Shown: one piece after another, positions 1-8,783 of the stretch
How the letters are laid out: each line of letters starts with the position of its first letter
Position numbering within the stretch: the stretch's first letter is position 1
The notes under the pieces: generated by a model
Databases searched by the model: none
Told to the model about the DNA's origin: nothing
The model's input: the letters and a program-made list of their open reading frames with translations, nothing else
Program-made: the position numbers and the translations under genes
Source: Candidatus Aminicenantes bacterium
GTDB taxonomy: Bacteria > Acidobacteriota > Aminicenantia > Aminicenantales > JAFGBC01
Reading direction: 5' to 3'
Assembly (NCBI GenBank): GCA_963702005.1
Contig: OY969696.1
Coordinates: forward strand, 2,464,001-2,528,000
Length of the DNA: 64,000 bases

Positions 1-20
1 TGGAGCTCCAGGCCGGGGAG

Positions 21-116
21 CAGCCTTGCAGCACCCATACTAAACCGTTTCCCGTTTAGTATGGGTACTGCGAAACGCCTGCACTCATGGCTTCCATGGG
101 TGTCGATGGGTTGACT
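21..116 (+). repeat. Modular hairpin repeat, copy 1 (long plus short hairpin form)
   Basis: cagccttgcagcacccatactaaaccg-tttc-ccgtttagtatgggtactgc...gcactcatggcttccatgggtgtcgatgggttgact; shares blocks with 20234-20312 and 37741-37800(-). Confidence 0.8.
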
Positions 117-461
117 CAACTCTGGGAAATATCGACGCGGGCCACGGAAGGATTCGGCGTCAGGCGGATCGTCGTCCGCAGCGCCGTCGTCCTGGGACGC
201 GCCGGAGGTGCTCTGCCGACGTTCGAACGGATGTTCCGGCTCCGCCTGGCCGGCATTCCGGGCGGCGGCCGCCAATGGTTCCCCTGGATTCATCTCATGG
301 ACGAGGTCCGGGCCATGGTCTTTCTCTTGGAGCGGGACGACCTGAGCGGCGTCTTCAACCTCGCCGCGCCCTCGGCCGTTCCGATGGCCGGATTCATCCG
401 CGCTTCAAAATCTGTTCGCCGCCGCCGGCCCGGAGTCTTAATTAGACGAGGATCTCTTTAG
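87..461 (+). pseudogene. Internal fragment of a TIGR01777/YfcH-like NAD-dependent epimerase
   Basis: WE...R.AVVLG..GGAL...G.GRQWFPWIHL.D.V......G.FNL.AP motif. In-frame TAG at 57-59, no N-terminal Rossmann motif and no C-terminal DUF1731 part; the ATG lies inside the repeat. Confidence 0.7.
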
Positions 462-1686
462 GGATGGGCCGCGAATTGTAGTGGGAGGCCATGGAGCGCG
501 AATAGCCGCCCGCGCAGAGCACGGCCAGGATGTCGCCCCGGCGGGGCATCGGCATAAGCCGCTCCTTGCCGAAGACGTCGCCCGTTTCGCAGAGATGGCC
601 GGCCACGGTCACCCGGACTTTCTTCGGCCCGTCGATGCGGCTCGCGTTGACGATTTCGTGGGAGGCCTGGGCGTAGACGGCGGGACGCGGCACCGTGTTG
701 AAGGTCCCGGCGTTGACGCAGGCGATGACATGACCGTAGCTCTCTTTGACGTAGACGACCCGGAGAAGGAGGACGCCGGCATCGGCGACGAGGGCTTTGC
801 CCGGTTCCACGGCCAGCGCCTTGACGGAGAGTCCGGACTTGGCCATGGTCCGGACGATGAGGCGGACATAGTCCTCAACCGGAAATAATCCCTGGGTCCG
901 GTAGAACCTCGGTCCGAACCCGCCCCCGAAGTCCAGAAACTCGAGGCGGACACCGCTTTTCTCGAGCTCGACGGCTTTGCGGACGATCCTGCGGACGGCC
1001 TCCTTGACGGCCGGAAAATCTTCGTGGACCCAGCCCGAGCCGAGATGCTGGTGGAGGCCGACCGGGACGAAGCCGAACCGGATGGCCCGCTCGAAGACCC
1101 GGCCGACCTTGGCCTCCTCGACGCCGAACTTGACGGGCGTCCCGTCCGCGGATCTCTGCCCGGCCGTGACGGCCCGCGGGCTGAAACCTCGGCCCAGTCC
1201 CGGGTTCCAGCGGACGGCGACCCGGATCCGGCGCCGCCGGAACCAGCGGTCGCGGATTTCTTTCATGACCTCGAGCTGCTCGAGAGCGTCGATGTTGACG
1301 GTCAGTCCGCCGTAGACGAAGACGGACCGGAGGTCCTCCTCGGAGACGCTGGTTCCCGTGTAGAGGATTCGATCAGCCGGGAAGCCGGCTTCCAGTGCCG
1401 CCCGGACCTCGCCCGGCGAGACGGTGTCGACCCAAGCCCCGCGCTTTTCGAGGAGCTTGAGGATTCCCGGGTGGGGATTGGCCTTGGCCGCGAAGGCGAT
1501 CCGCGCCTCAAGTCCGCCGCCGGCTTCGGCGAAGAGGCGGCGCAGGGAATCGAAGTTGTGGAGGATGCGGGACCGGCCGTAGATATAGAGGGGCGTCCCT
1601 TGCCGTTCGGCGATGTCCCGGGCGCGCCGTCCCGCGATCGTGAGTTCGTTGTCTTCAACCTTCAGGAATTCATTGGTCCACCACAT
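442..1686 (-). CDS. lysA: Diaminopimelate decarboxylase
   Basis: GTPLYIY, FAAKAN (PLP Lys), KFG, HQHLGS, DFGGG, EPGK, LCETGD, GGYS..M.S.YN. Confidence 0.9.
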   Translation of the reverse strand: MWWTNEFLKVEDNELTIAGRRARDIAERQGTPLYIYGRSRILHNFDSLRRLFAEAGGGLEARIAFAAKANPHPGILKLLEKRGAWVDTVSPGEVRAALEAGFPADRILYTGTSVSEEDLRSVFVYGGLTVNIDALEQLEVMKEIRDRWFRRRRIRVAVRWNPGLGRGFSPRAVTAGQRSADGTPVKFGVEEAKVGRVFERAIRFGFVPVGLHQHLGSGWVHEDFPAVKEAVRRIVRKAVELEKSGVRLEFLDFGGGFGPRFYRTQGLFPVEDYVRLIVRTMAKSGLSVKALAVEPGKALVADAGVLLLRVVYVKESYGHVIACVNAGTFNTVPRPAVYAQASHEIVNASRIDGPKKVRVTVAGHLCETGDVFGKERLMPMPRRGDILAVLCAGGYSRSMASHYNSRPIPKEILV

Positions 1687-1701
1687 CGTGCTCCGTCCCG
1701 A

Positions 1702-2607
1702 TCAGAATTTGGGTTCCTCGTCGAACAGGTCGAACTGCCCGTCCTTGATCTTCTTGACGATGTCTTTGAGGACGGGGTAGGTATCGAGGAGGAGGGCAGG
1801 GATGTCGAGTTTGTCTCCGCTGATCATGTTCTTGATCTGAAGGGCGTTGGCCATGGCCTGGCCCCGGTAATGGTTGTTGGTGATGACGAAGACCCGGCCG
1901 CTCGCCCTTCCCAGGGCCTTGATGCGCTCGATCCACTCCGAGAGCTCCTCCCGGCCGTACAGATAATTGTAGCGATCGTCGCGGCCCGCTTCCTTGCGGA
2001 ACCAGTCCTTGGCGTTGCGGCCGTGGAATCGGACATAGGCGAAGCGGGGGGCCGTTGCGATCGCACTCGGCTTGATGGAATCGCCGATCAAGGGCTGGTC
2101 GATGTTGCAAAAGGCGACCCCGTGCTCGCGGAGCAGGGCATAGAACGGCGGCGTGTCCCAGGAGGCGTGACGGACCTCGACGGCCAGGGGGTGGTCCGCG
2201 AACATCCGGAACAGGCCCGTCAGATATTCCGTCTGGGCGGGCGTATTCCGGAAAGACCAGGGGAATTGGAGGAGGAGAGCGGCCAGCCTGTTCCGGATCA
2301 GCAAGGGGGCGATCCCGGCCTTGAAAGCGTCGACGTCCTTGGGGCCGAATCCCTGCCGCTCGTGGCTGAAAACGCTGTGGAGCTTGACGGACAGCAGAAA
2401 ATCGGGAAAGGGCTCGAGCTTCTTAGCCCAGGCCAGGCTCATCGCCGGGGACGGCACGCGGTAGAACGTGCTGTTGACCTCGACGATGTTGATGTAGGCG
2501 GCCAGGAAGACGAGGGGATGAAAGCCGCGCCCCTTGGCGGGCGGGTAGACGATCCCCTCCCAATCCTCGTAGCTCCAGCCGGCCGTTCCGACGTAATACT
2601 TCGTCAT
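1702..2607 (-). CDS. DUF72 (YecE-like) protein
   Basis: VGTAGWSYEDW.G.VYP, VEVNSTFY, LLQFP.SF, VEVRH.SW, YVRFHGRN, Y.Y; start moved to ATG 2607. Confidence 0.85.
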   Translation of the reverse strand: MTKYYVGTAGWSYEDWEGIVYPPAKGRGFHPLVFLAAYINIVEVNSTFYRVPSPAMSLAWAKKLEPFPDFLLSVKLHSVFSHERQGFGPKDVDAFKAGIAPLLIRNRLAALLLQFPWSFRNTPAQTEYLTGLFRMFADHPLAVEVRHASWDTPPFYALLREHGVAFCNIDQPLIGDSIKPSAIATAPRFAYVRFHGRNAKDWFRKEAGRDDRYNYLYGREELSEWIERIKALGRASGRVFVITNNHYRGQAMANALQIKNMISGDKLDIPALLLDTYPVLKDIVKKIKDGQFDLFDEEPKF

Positions 2608-2729
2608 TGGCCGTATTGTATCAAAAATGGTCGCTGCCGCCCATTTCAAAAACTTCTCTCATTCCTGATCCCCAGGCCACGATTATTCGCTGGGCAACCG
2701 GATGGCGATTAACGCTATAAACAAGTACA

Positions 2730-3719
2730 ATGAAGCCTGCGGAACGAAACGAGGCCGCGGACATGAACCTGGACTTTATAAGCGGCGTCGAGCGCGCCTA
2801 CCGCCGCATCAAGGTTGACATCCTTAGGACCGAGCTCACGGCCGATACGGAGTTGAGCCGCGCCCACGATGCCGATGTCCAAATTAAATGGGAGAGCCGG
2901 CAACGGACGGGCTCCTTCAAGCTTCGCGGCGCCCTCAACAAGATCCGGTCCCTGCCCGCTTCCCGCAACGAGACGGGGCTCGTTTCCGCTTCGACCGGAA
3001 ATCACGGGCTCGCCATGTGCTGGGCCGCCTCGCGCGAAGCCGTCCCGCTCGTCCTGTTCCTTCCCGAGACGGTCGCAGCCCACAAGCTGGACATGCTCAG
3101 GCGGTTTCCGGTCCTTATCGAATTACGCGGCGGGAGTTGCGAGGAGGCCGAGGCCCAGGGCCGGCGCTGGGCGGAGGAGACGGCGCGGATATTCGTTTCG
3201 CCTTACAACGATGCCGAGGTCGTCTTCGGCCAGGGCACGGTCGGCCTCGAGATCTACGAACAAGCCCGGGACGTCCAGGATGTCTTGGTCCCGGTCGGCG
3301 GCGGAGGGCTGGCGGCCGGGATCGCCGGTTACCTCAAATCGCGCGATCCGCGCGTCCGGGTCGTCGGCGTGGAGCCGGAGGCGTCCGCTTTCATGGCCGC
3401 CTCGATCCGGGCCGGCCGGATCGTCTCGATTCCGGAACGGCCGACGGCGGCCGATGCCGTGGCCGGAGGGATCGAGCCGGGCTCGATCACCTTCGACCTG
3501 TGCCGGGCTCTCATTGATGATTGGATCGGGGTGACCGAAGAATCTCTCCGCGAAGCGGGAGCCGTCATGAACGGCGGCGGCCGGGGCCCGGTCGAGCCCG
3601 CCGGCGCGCTGGCCTTGGCCGGGCTCCTATCCAGGCCGGAGCGTTTCCAGGGCCGTTCCGTCGTCCTCGTCGCGAGCGGCGGGAACTCCGCCCGTCTCCC
3701 CAAAAACGGGAGCCCCTAA
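2730..3719 (+). CDS. PLP-dependent threonine/serine dehydratase family protein (no ACT domain)
   Basis: K.E..Q.TGSFKLRGA, SASTGNHG, GQGT.G.E, VPVGGGGL, EPAGA; true start may be 2763. Confidence 0.85.
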   Translation: MKPAERNEAADMNLDFISGVERAYRRIKVDILRTELTADTELSRAHDADVQIKWESRQRTGSFKLRGALNKIRSLPASRNETGLVSASTGNHGLAMCWAASREAVPLVLFLPETVAAHKLDMLRRFPVLIELRGGSCEEAEAQGRRWAEETARIFVSPYNDAEVVFGQGTVGLEIYEQARDVQDVLVPVGGGGLAAGIAGYLKSRDPRVRVVGVEPEASAFMAASIRAGRIVSIPERPTAADAVAGGIEPGSITFDLCRALIDDWIGVTEESLREAGAVMNGGGRGPVEPAGALALAGLLSRPERFQGRSVVLVASGGNSARLPKNGSP

Positions 3720-3786
3720 AACGCGCAGGGAAAAGGATTGCCCTCGGTCGCGATTTTTCTTATGATGAAGAGGACGCGGCGCGGAT

Positions 3787-4791
3787 ATGATTAAACGGAT
3801 CCTGGGACTGGCTGCGATCGGCCTTCTCCTCAACGGCTGTCGGAACGCGGAACCCCCGTCCGCTCCGGCGTCCGTCGCCAAGCCCCTCTATTCCATCGGC
3901 ATCTTTCAGTATACGGATTCTCCGACCCTCAACGAAGTCAGGTCCGGCCTTCTGCGGGCCCTCGCCGAGGCAGGGCTCAAGGAAGGCGTCAACGTCCGTC
4001 TCGACATCCGCCTCGCCAAAGGGGATATCGCCGAGGTTCAACGGATCGCCCAGGAATTCGCCGCCGCTAAGCTCGACCTGGTCGTCCCCCTTTCGACCCA
4101 ATGCCTGCAGGCGGCCCTGATCGAGATGCCGACGACTCCGACCGTCTTCTCCTCCGTCGCCAATCCCTACATCCTCGGGGCCGGCCGGACCCCGACCGAC
4201 CATCTCGGCCACGTCACCGGCATCGTCTCGACCGGACCGGTCCGCCAGATGATCTCTTTCATCAGAGAAGTCCTGCCGCGGGCCCGCCGGGTCGGAACGC
4301 TCTGGACGCCCTCGGAGATCAACTCCGAGTACTATCTGGAGCTCGCCCGGGAAGCGGCCGCCTCAGTCGACCTGGAGCTTGTCGGCGTTCCCGTGACGAA
4401 CGCCAACGAGATTCCGATGTCGGCCCAACTCCTCCTCAACAGGAAAATCGATGCCCTGTATCCCATCTCCGATAACACGCTCAACGCCGCCTTCTCCGTC
4501 CTGGGGCGGGTGGCCGACGAAGAACGAATCCCCCTCTTCGGCGGGTTTATTCTCTCGACGAGCCTCGGGGCTTGCGCGGCGATGGGATTCAACTTTTCCG
4601 ACATGGGCTATAAAACAGGTCAGATCGTCCTTCGCGTCAAGAACGGCGAGAGCCCCGGTCGCATCCCCTTCCAATCCATGGAGAGCGTCAAGCTCTTCCT
4701 CAACCTCAAGGCCGCCGAGCGGCAGGGCCTCCGGTTCGCTCCCGATATTCTCAAGAAGGCGGACCGGATCTTGTCCGATTCGAATCCCTGA
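3787..4791 (+). CDS. ABC transporter substrate-binding lipoprotein (ABC_sub_bind, aromatic amino acid type)
   Basis: Lipobox LLNGC; IGIFQY, PTVFSSV.NP, VTG, W.PSE.NS, DNT, G.KTG, NLKAA; no permease adjacent. Confidence 0.8.
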   Translation: MIKRILGLAAIGLLLNGCRNAEPPSAPASVAKPLYSIGIFQYTDSPTLNEVRSGLLRALAEAGLKEGVNVRLDIRLAKGDIAEVQRIAQEFAAAKLDLVVPLSTQCLQAALIEMPTTPTVFSSVANPYILGAGRTPTDHLGHVTGIVSTGPVRQMISFIREVLPRARRVGTLWTPSEINSEYYLELAREAAASVDLELVGVPVTNANEIPMSAQLLLNRKIDALYPISDNTLNAAFSVLGRVADEERIPLFGGFILSTSLGACAAMGFNFSDMGYKTGQIVLRVKNGESPGRIPFQSMESVKLFLNLKAAERQGLRFAPDILKKADRILSDSNP

Positions 4792-4809
4792 ACCCGAGCG
4801 GCCCGGCCC

Positions 4810-5595
4810 TCACAGGCCGGGATCCATCAGCCGACGGCCCCTTCCGACGGACGCGGATGTCCGGATGGCTTGGCGGGTGAGCCGGGTGGCCCGGCGGCAG
4901 GCGGACGCCAGCGAGAGACCTTGAGCCATCTCGGCCAGAACGGCGGAGGACAAATAGCAGCCGGTTCCGTGGACGGGACGAGCGACCCGCGGCGAATCGA
5001 TCAAGAGCGTTTTCGCGCCGTCGAATAACACGTTGACGGGACGGTCTTTGAGGTGGCCGCCCTTGATGAGGCACGGGGCGAGGATCCCCTCGGCCAGTCG
5101 GCGCGCGGCGGCCTCCATATCTTCCACGGTAGCGATCTTGAGGCCGCTGAGCAGAGAAGCTTCTTCGAGGTTAGGCGTCAGGAGCGACAGCCTCCCCTTG
5201 ACGGCGGGCAGGAAGGCCCGGAGGGAGCCCCGGTCCAGGAGCCAGGCGCCCGAGCTGGACCTCAGAACGGGATCGACGACCCTGGGGAGTCCGGATGCCG
5301 CGGCAAGAATCCGCGCCGCCGCCTTGAGGTTCGCGCCCGATCCCAGCATGCCGACCTTGACGCCCGCGACGGAAACGTCCCGTGCCAGCGTCCGATACTG
5401 AGACAGGATGAGGGGGGCGGGCAGCGGCCGGACCGCGAAGACCTTCCGGGTGTCCTGGACGGTCAAGGCGGTCAGGACGGCCATGCCGCGAAATCCCAGG
5501 GATCGGAAGACAGCCAAATCGAGGAGGACGCCGGCACCGGCCGAGGGATCGAACCCGGCGACCGACACGAGGACTCCCTTGCGACGCATGGTCAT
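4810..5595 (-). CDS. thiD: Hydroxymethylpyrimidine/phosphomethylpyrimidine kinase
   Basis: AGFDPSAGAG..D, TALTVQ, VKVGML, VVDPV, TPNL.EA, IKGGH, HGTGC. Confidence 0.88.
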   Translation of the reverse strand: MTMRRKGVLVSVAGFDPSAGAGVLLDLAVFRSLGFRGMAVLTALTVQDTRKVFAVRPLPAPLILSQYRTLARDVSVAGVKVGMLGSGANLKAAARILAAASGLPRVVDPVLRSSSGAWLLDRGSLRAFLPAVKGRLSLLTPNLEEASLLSGLKIATVEDMEAAARRLAEGILAPCLIKGGHLKDRPVNVLFDGAKTLLIDSPRVARPVHGTGCYLSSAVLAEMAQGLSLASACRRATRLTRQAIRTSASVGRGRRLMDPGL

Positions 5596-5665
5596 TTAAA
5601 CAGGAATGCTTTGCCATTATAGCTCGAGACCGAGGTGCCGGACAATGTGTGCTACAATAAAAACG

Positions 5666-5947
5666 ATGAGGGCCAGAGTCCATGTCTTGGTGTCCGGGCG
5701 CGTCCAGGGCGTCTTCTTCCGGGGTTATGCCGAGCGGTGGGGCTCCTCGCTCGGGCTGACGGGATGGGTCCGAAATCTCTGGGACCGTCGGATCGAAATC
5801 GTGGCCGAGGGGGAGAAGCCCGGGCTGGAACAGCTTCTCGATCGCCTCCGGATTGGCCCGCCTTCGGCCCGCGTCGAGGGCCTCGAGGTCCACTGGGAGG
5901 AGCCGCGCGACGAGTTCTCGGACTTCCGGATCGTCCATTCGCATTAG
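5666..5947 (+). CDS. acyP: Acylphosphatase
   Basis: VSGRVQGVFFR, LTGWVRN, GPPSARV. Confidence 0.92.
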   Translation: MRARVHVLVSGRVQGVFFRGYAERWGSSLGLTGWVRNLWDRRIEIVAEGEKPGLEQLLDRLRIGPPSARVEGLEVHWEEPRDEFSDFRIVHSH

Positions 5948-6216
5948 CGAGCGGGACCCCTTCCGGCCTTGGCTTTATTCCGGCATTCCTGGGAGCAAAA
6001 GAAGCATTCCCGGCCGTCGACGACGTCTCGGATGGCCTCCTCGCGGGGGAGGAAGGTCCCGCAGACATCGTCCTTGACCAGGGTCCCGAGTCCGGAGGGA
6101 GGGGAGCGGGGAGGTTCCTTGCGAGATCCGGACCCGACCAGTCCTTGAACGGCCGAATAGATGATATAGGCGAGGATCCCGTAGATGAGAAGCCTGAGAA
6201 TCCCTGCCAGGAACAT
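5944..6216 (-). CDS. Small membrane-anchored YHS/TRASH-domain protein
   Basis: N-terminal TM helix; D.VCG...FFCS.EC. Confidence 0.75.
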   Translation of the reverse strand: MFLAGILRLLIYGILAYIIYSAVQGLVGSGSRKEPPRSPPSGLGTLVKDDVCGTFLPREEAIRDVVDGRECFFCSQECRNKAKAGRGPAR

Positions 6217-6222
6217 AGCATG

Positions 6223-6251
6223 ACTTTAGACGAGGGGGCGCCCTCTGTCAA
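6223..6251 (-). promoter_or_regulatory. Sigma70-type promoter of the YHS gene, probably leaderless
   Basis: TTGACA-17 nt-TAAAGT-6 nt-ATG on the minus strand. Confidence 0.6.
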
Positions 6252-6354
6252 CGGCCCGGAGGCGGCTGACCCGAGGACTTGATTCGCATCGGGGTTGCCG
6301 GTAAGATGACAACGCCGGGCCGAGCGCCGGTATCTTGGACGAAAGGACAGACCC

Positions 6355-7326
6355 ATGAAGCTCGATGCCTTATACCGGGACGCCGTCCGGATCGGCATCG
6401 CTAACGACCCCCGCGGCAAGGAGGAGATCGACCGCCTCCTGCGCGAGGAGAGAGAGCGGGCCGAGAAGATGAAGCCGGAGGAGAAGGAGGTCTACGACGA
6501 CGACCGCTTGTTCAATCCTTTCGCCGACACCCGGATTCTGTTCGGCGAGCCGGGGATGGTCGTCCGGCGCGCACTGGTTGGGGTCGACATGGAAGTTCCC
6601 GAGATCCTGCTCGCCTATCTCCTCAACAGGGACAAAAGCAGGAAGATCGACCTCGTCATCGCCCATCATCCCGAAGGTCAGGCCCTGGCCCGGCTCCACG
6701 AAGTCATGCGGCTTCAGGCTGATATCCTGGCGGCCAGCGGCGTCACGATCTCGATCGCCGAACATCTCCTCGACAAGCGCATCGGCGAAGTTGAGCGGCG
6801 GCTCCTGCCCCTCAACCACGACAGGGCCGTTTCGGCGGCCCGGGCCCTGGGGCTGCCCCTCATCTGCATTCACACCCCGGCCGACAACTGCGTCACCCAC
6901 CATCTCCAGAAGCGCATCGACAAAGACAAGCCCCACCGGCTCAAGGACCTGCTTAAACTCTTTCTTGACATTCCAGAGTACAAGGCTTCGGCCCGGCGCC
7001 AAGTCGCGCCCCGGATCGTTAACGGCGCGGACTCCAACAGGTGCGGCCGGGTCCTCGTCGACATGACGGGCGGGACGGAAGGGGCCAAAGAGCTCCTCGA
7101 CAAATGCGCGGCCGCCGGGACGAGCACGCTCGTCGGCATGCATTTCAGCGAGGAATACCTCGAGCAGGCCAAGAAGGCCAACATCAACATGGTCATTGCC
7201 GGGCATATCGCCAGCGACGCCCTCGGCCTCAATCTCCTCCTCGACGAGATCGAACGGAAAGAACCGCTCGACATCATGGGGATCTCGGGATTCGAACGGG
7301 TGCGGAGAGGGGCGAAGAAAGGCTGA
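6355..7326 (+). CDS. NIF3-like dinuclear metal-centre protein
   Basis: DLVIAHHP, IHTPADN, AGHIASD. Confidence 0.75.
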   Translation: MKLDALYRDAVRIGIANDPRGKEEIDRLLREERERAEKMKPEEKEVYDDDRLFNPFADTRILFGEPGMVVRRALVGVDMEVPEILLAYLLNRDKSRKIDLVIAHHPEGQALARLHEVMRLQADILAASGVTISIAEHLLDKRIGEVERRLLPLNHDRAVSAARALGLPLICIHTPADNCVTHHLQKRIDKDKPHRLKDLLKLFLDIPEYKASARRQVAPRIVNGADSNRCGRVLVDMTGGTEGAKELLDKCAAAGTSTLVGMHFSEEYLEQAKKANINMVIAGHIASDALGLNLLLDEIERKEPLDIMGISGFERVRRGAKKG

Positions 7327-7830
7327 TCAGGCCTGCTGGCGGGCCTTGGTCTGAACGAGACGGGCGAAGCTGCGGGCCTCCTCCAGGTCATGCCGGTCGG
7401 GATGGGTGCTGGCTGAGGGGGCCATGTCCGTCCATTCGGCGTGCTCGGGGGACCGCTCCAAGAATTCGATGGCTTTCAGGGAAAGCTTCCCGCGGCAGGA
7501 ATAAGTCCCCAGGACCTTGGCCCGGGAGGCCAGGACGACGGCGTACTCGACGGCTTCGCGGGCCAAGCGGTGTCCGTGGAGGGAGCCGTGGGTCGAGAAG
7601 ATGGCGATCTTCTTGCCGGCCGGGATCCTTTTCAAAAACAATTCGGCCTTGTAAGGAACGCTGTGGGCGTGGATGGGAAAGCCGACGAAGATAAGACCGT
7701 AATCGTCGATCTCTTGGACTTCGTCGATGGAACGAAGGTCTTTTTCGCCTTGGACCGCCTCGAAGATGGCTTCGGCCAGCTTTTGGGTGTTGCCCGTGGC
7801 GCTGAGGTAGGCGACGAGGGTTTTAGACAT
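7327..7830 (-). CDS. Flavodoxin family protein
   Basis: Y.S.TGNT..LAEAI, IFVGFP, FSTHG, C.G, HPD..DL..A; start moved to ATG 7830. Confidence 0.82.
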   Translation of the reverse strand: MSKTLVAYLSATGNTQKLAEAIFEAVQGEKDLRSIDEVQEIDDYGLIFVGFPIHAHSVPYKAELFLKRIPAGKKIAIFSTHGSLHGHRLAREAVEYAVVLASRAKVLGTYSCRGKLSLKAIEFLERSPEHAEWTDMAPSASTHPDRHDLEEARSFARLVQTKARQQA

Positions 7831-7841
7831 CGGGACGTTTT

Positions 7842-8744
7842 TCAGAACATGAAGCGGAGGCCGATCTTGAGGCTGAAGCCGCTGAAGTCGAACTCGCCTT
7901 GGCGGACGTTCCGGTAAAGAGTCCCCTCGGGGCGCTCGGTCCGGCCGGCCAGGAGCTGGGTCGCCAGGTCCGAGCCGAATTCGTCGCTCTCGAAGAAATA
8001 AAGGGAGTATTTTCCGCTTGCGGTCTTGCCGGTGTGGTCGCTGTAGATATAAGATCCCTTGAATCCCGACATCCGGGTCCAATCCTTCTCGGCCTCGATG
8101 CCGACGGCCAGGAAGGGGAGAACCAGGTATTCCGCGGCCAAGGTCCCGTAGCTCCCCAGGGATTCCGAGCGGTAGGTCGTGGCTCTTTTGAACCAGTAGC
8201 GATAATCCGTCTTGGAGCTCTTGAAGATCGCCTCATAGTTCTCCTCGACGCGGTAGCGGGCGAAAACGATGTGGCGGCCGTAGCCGGCCACGACCCGGAG
8301 GTTATTCCAGACGGGCAGCGTGAAGCTCAGCCCGATGCGGAGCGGGATCGCCTTGACGTCGTTGAGAAGATAGTCGCTTTCGGTATGGGTCGCGCCCGTA
8401 TTCTGGAATTGAACCGTGCCGGCGCTGGCCCCGGAGACCGTCGTGCCGGCCAAGTCGAGAGCCAGGCCGGCGAACAGGGGAAAACGGACTTCGACCTCCC
8501 AAGACGAGCCGAGCGGGGGCGGCTGGAAGGATCCTTGAAGGGTTCCTCCGTATTTCGTCCCGAAAGCCGTCCAGAGAGCGTTGTAGGATTGGAGCCAGGT
8601 CTGGAGATCGCTCTCGGCGGCGGAATATGTCCTCAGGTTCAGTCGGAGGCTGACCCTCTCGGCCCGCAGCGGGGTCAGGACCGCCAGGACCAGAAGGCCG
8701 AGCGCCGCGGCCATCCGCAGGCTTAGGCGTCGATCGCATTCCAT
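7842..8744 (-). CDS. Putative outer-membrane beta-barrel protein
   Basis: Signal peptide, alternating amphipathic strands, C-terminal DFSGFSLKIGLRFMF ending in Phe. Confidence 0.65.
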   Translation of the reverse strand: MECDRRLSLRMAAALGLLVLAVLTPLRAERVSLRLNLRTYSAAESDLQTWLQSYNALWTAFGTKYGGTLQGSFQPPPLGSSWEVEVRFPLFAGLALDLAGTTVSGASAGTVQFQNTGATHTESDYLLNDVKAIPLRIGLSFTLPVWNNLRVVAGYGRHIVFARYRVEENYEAIFKSSKTDYRYWFKRATTYRSESLGSYGTLAAEYLVLPFLAVGIEAEKDWTRMSGFKGSYIYSDHTGKTASGKYSLYFFESDEFGSDLATQLLAGRTERPEGTLYRNVRQGEFDFSGFSLKIGLRFMF

Positions 8745-8783
8745 GTTTCTATTCTTCCATAAACGGATGGAAATTTCTATAGC

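Noticed and set aside
5596-5665. TPP riboswitch upstream of thiD
   Set aside because: The region is too short and lacks the UGAGA and CUGAU core motifs.
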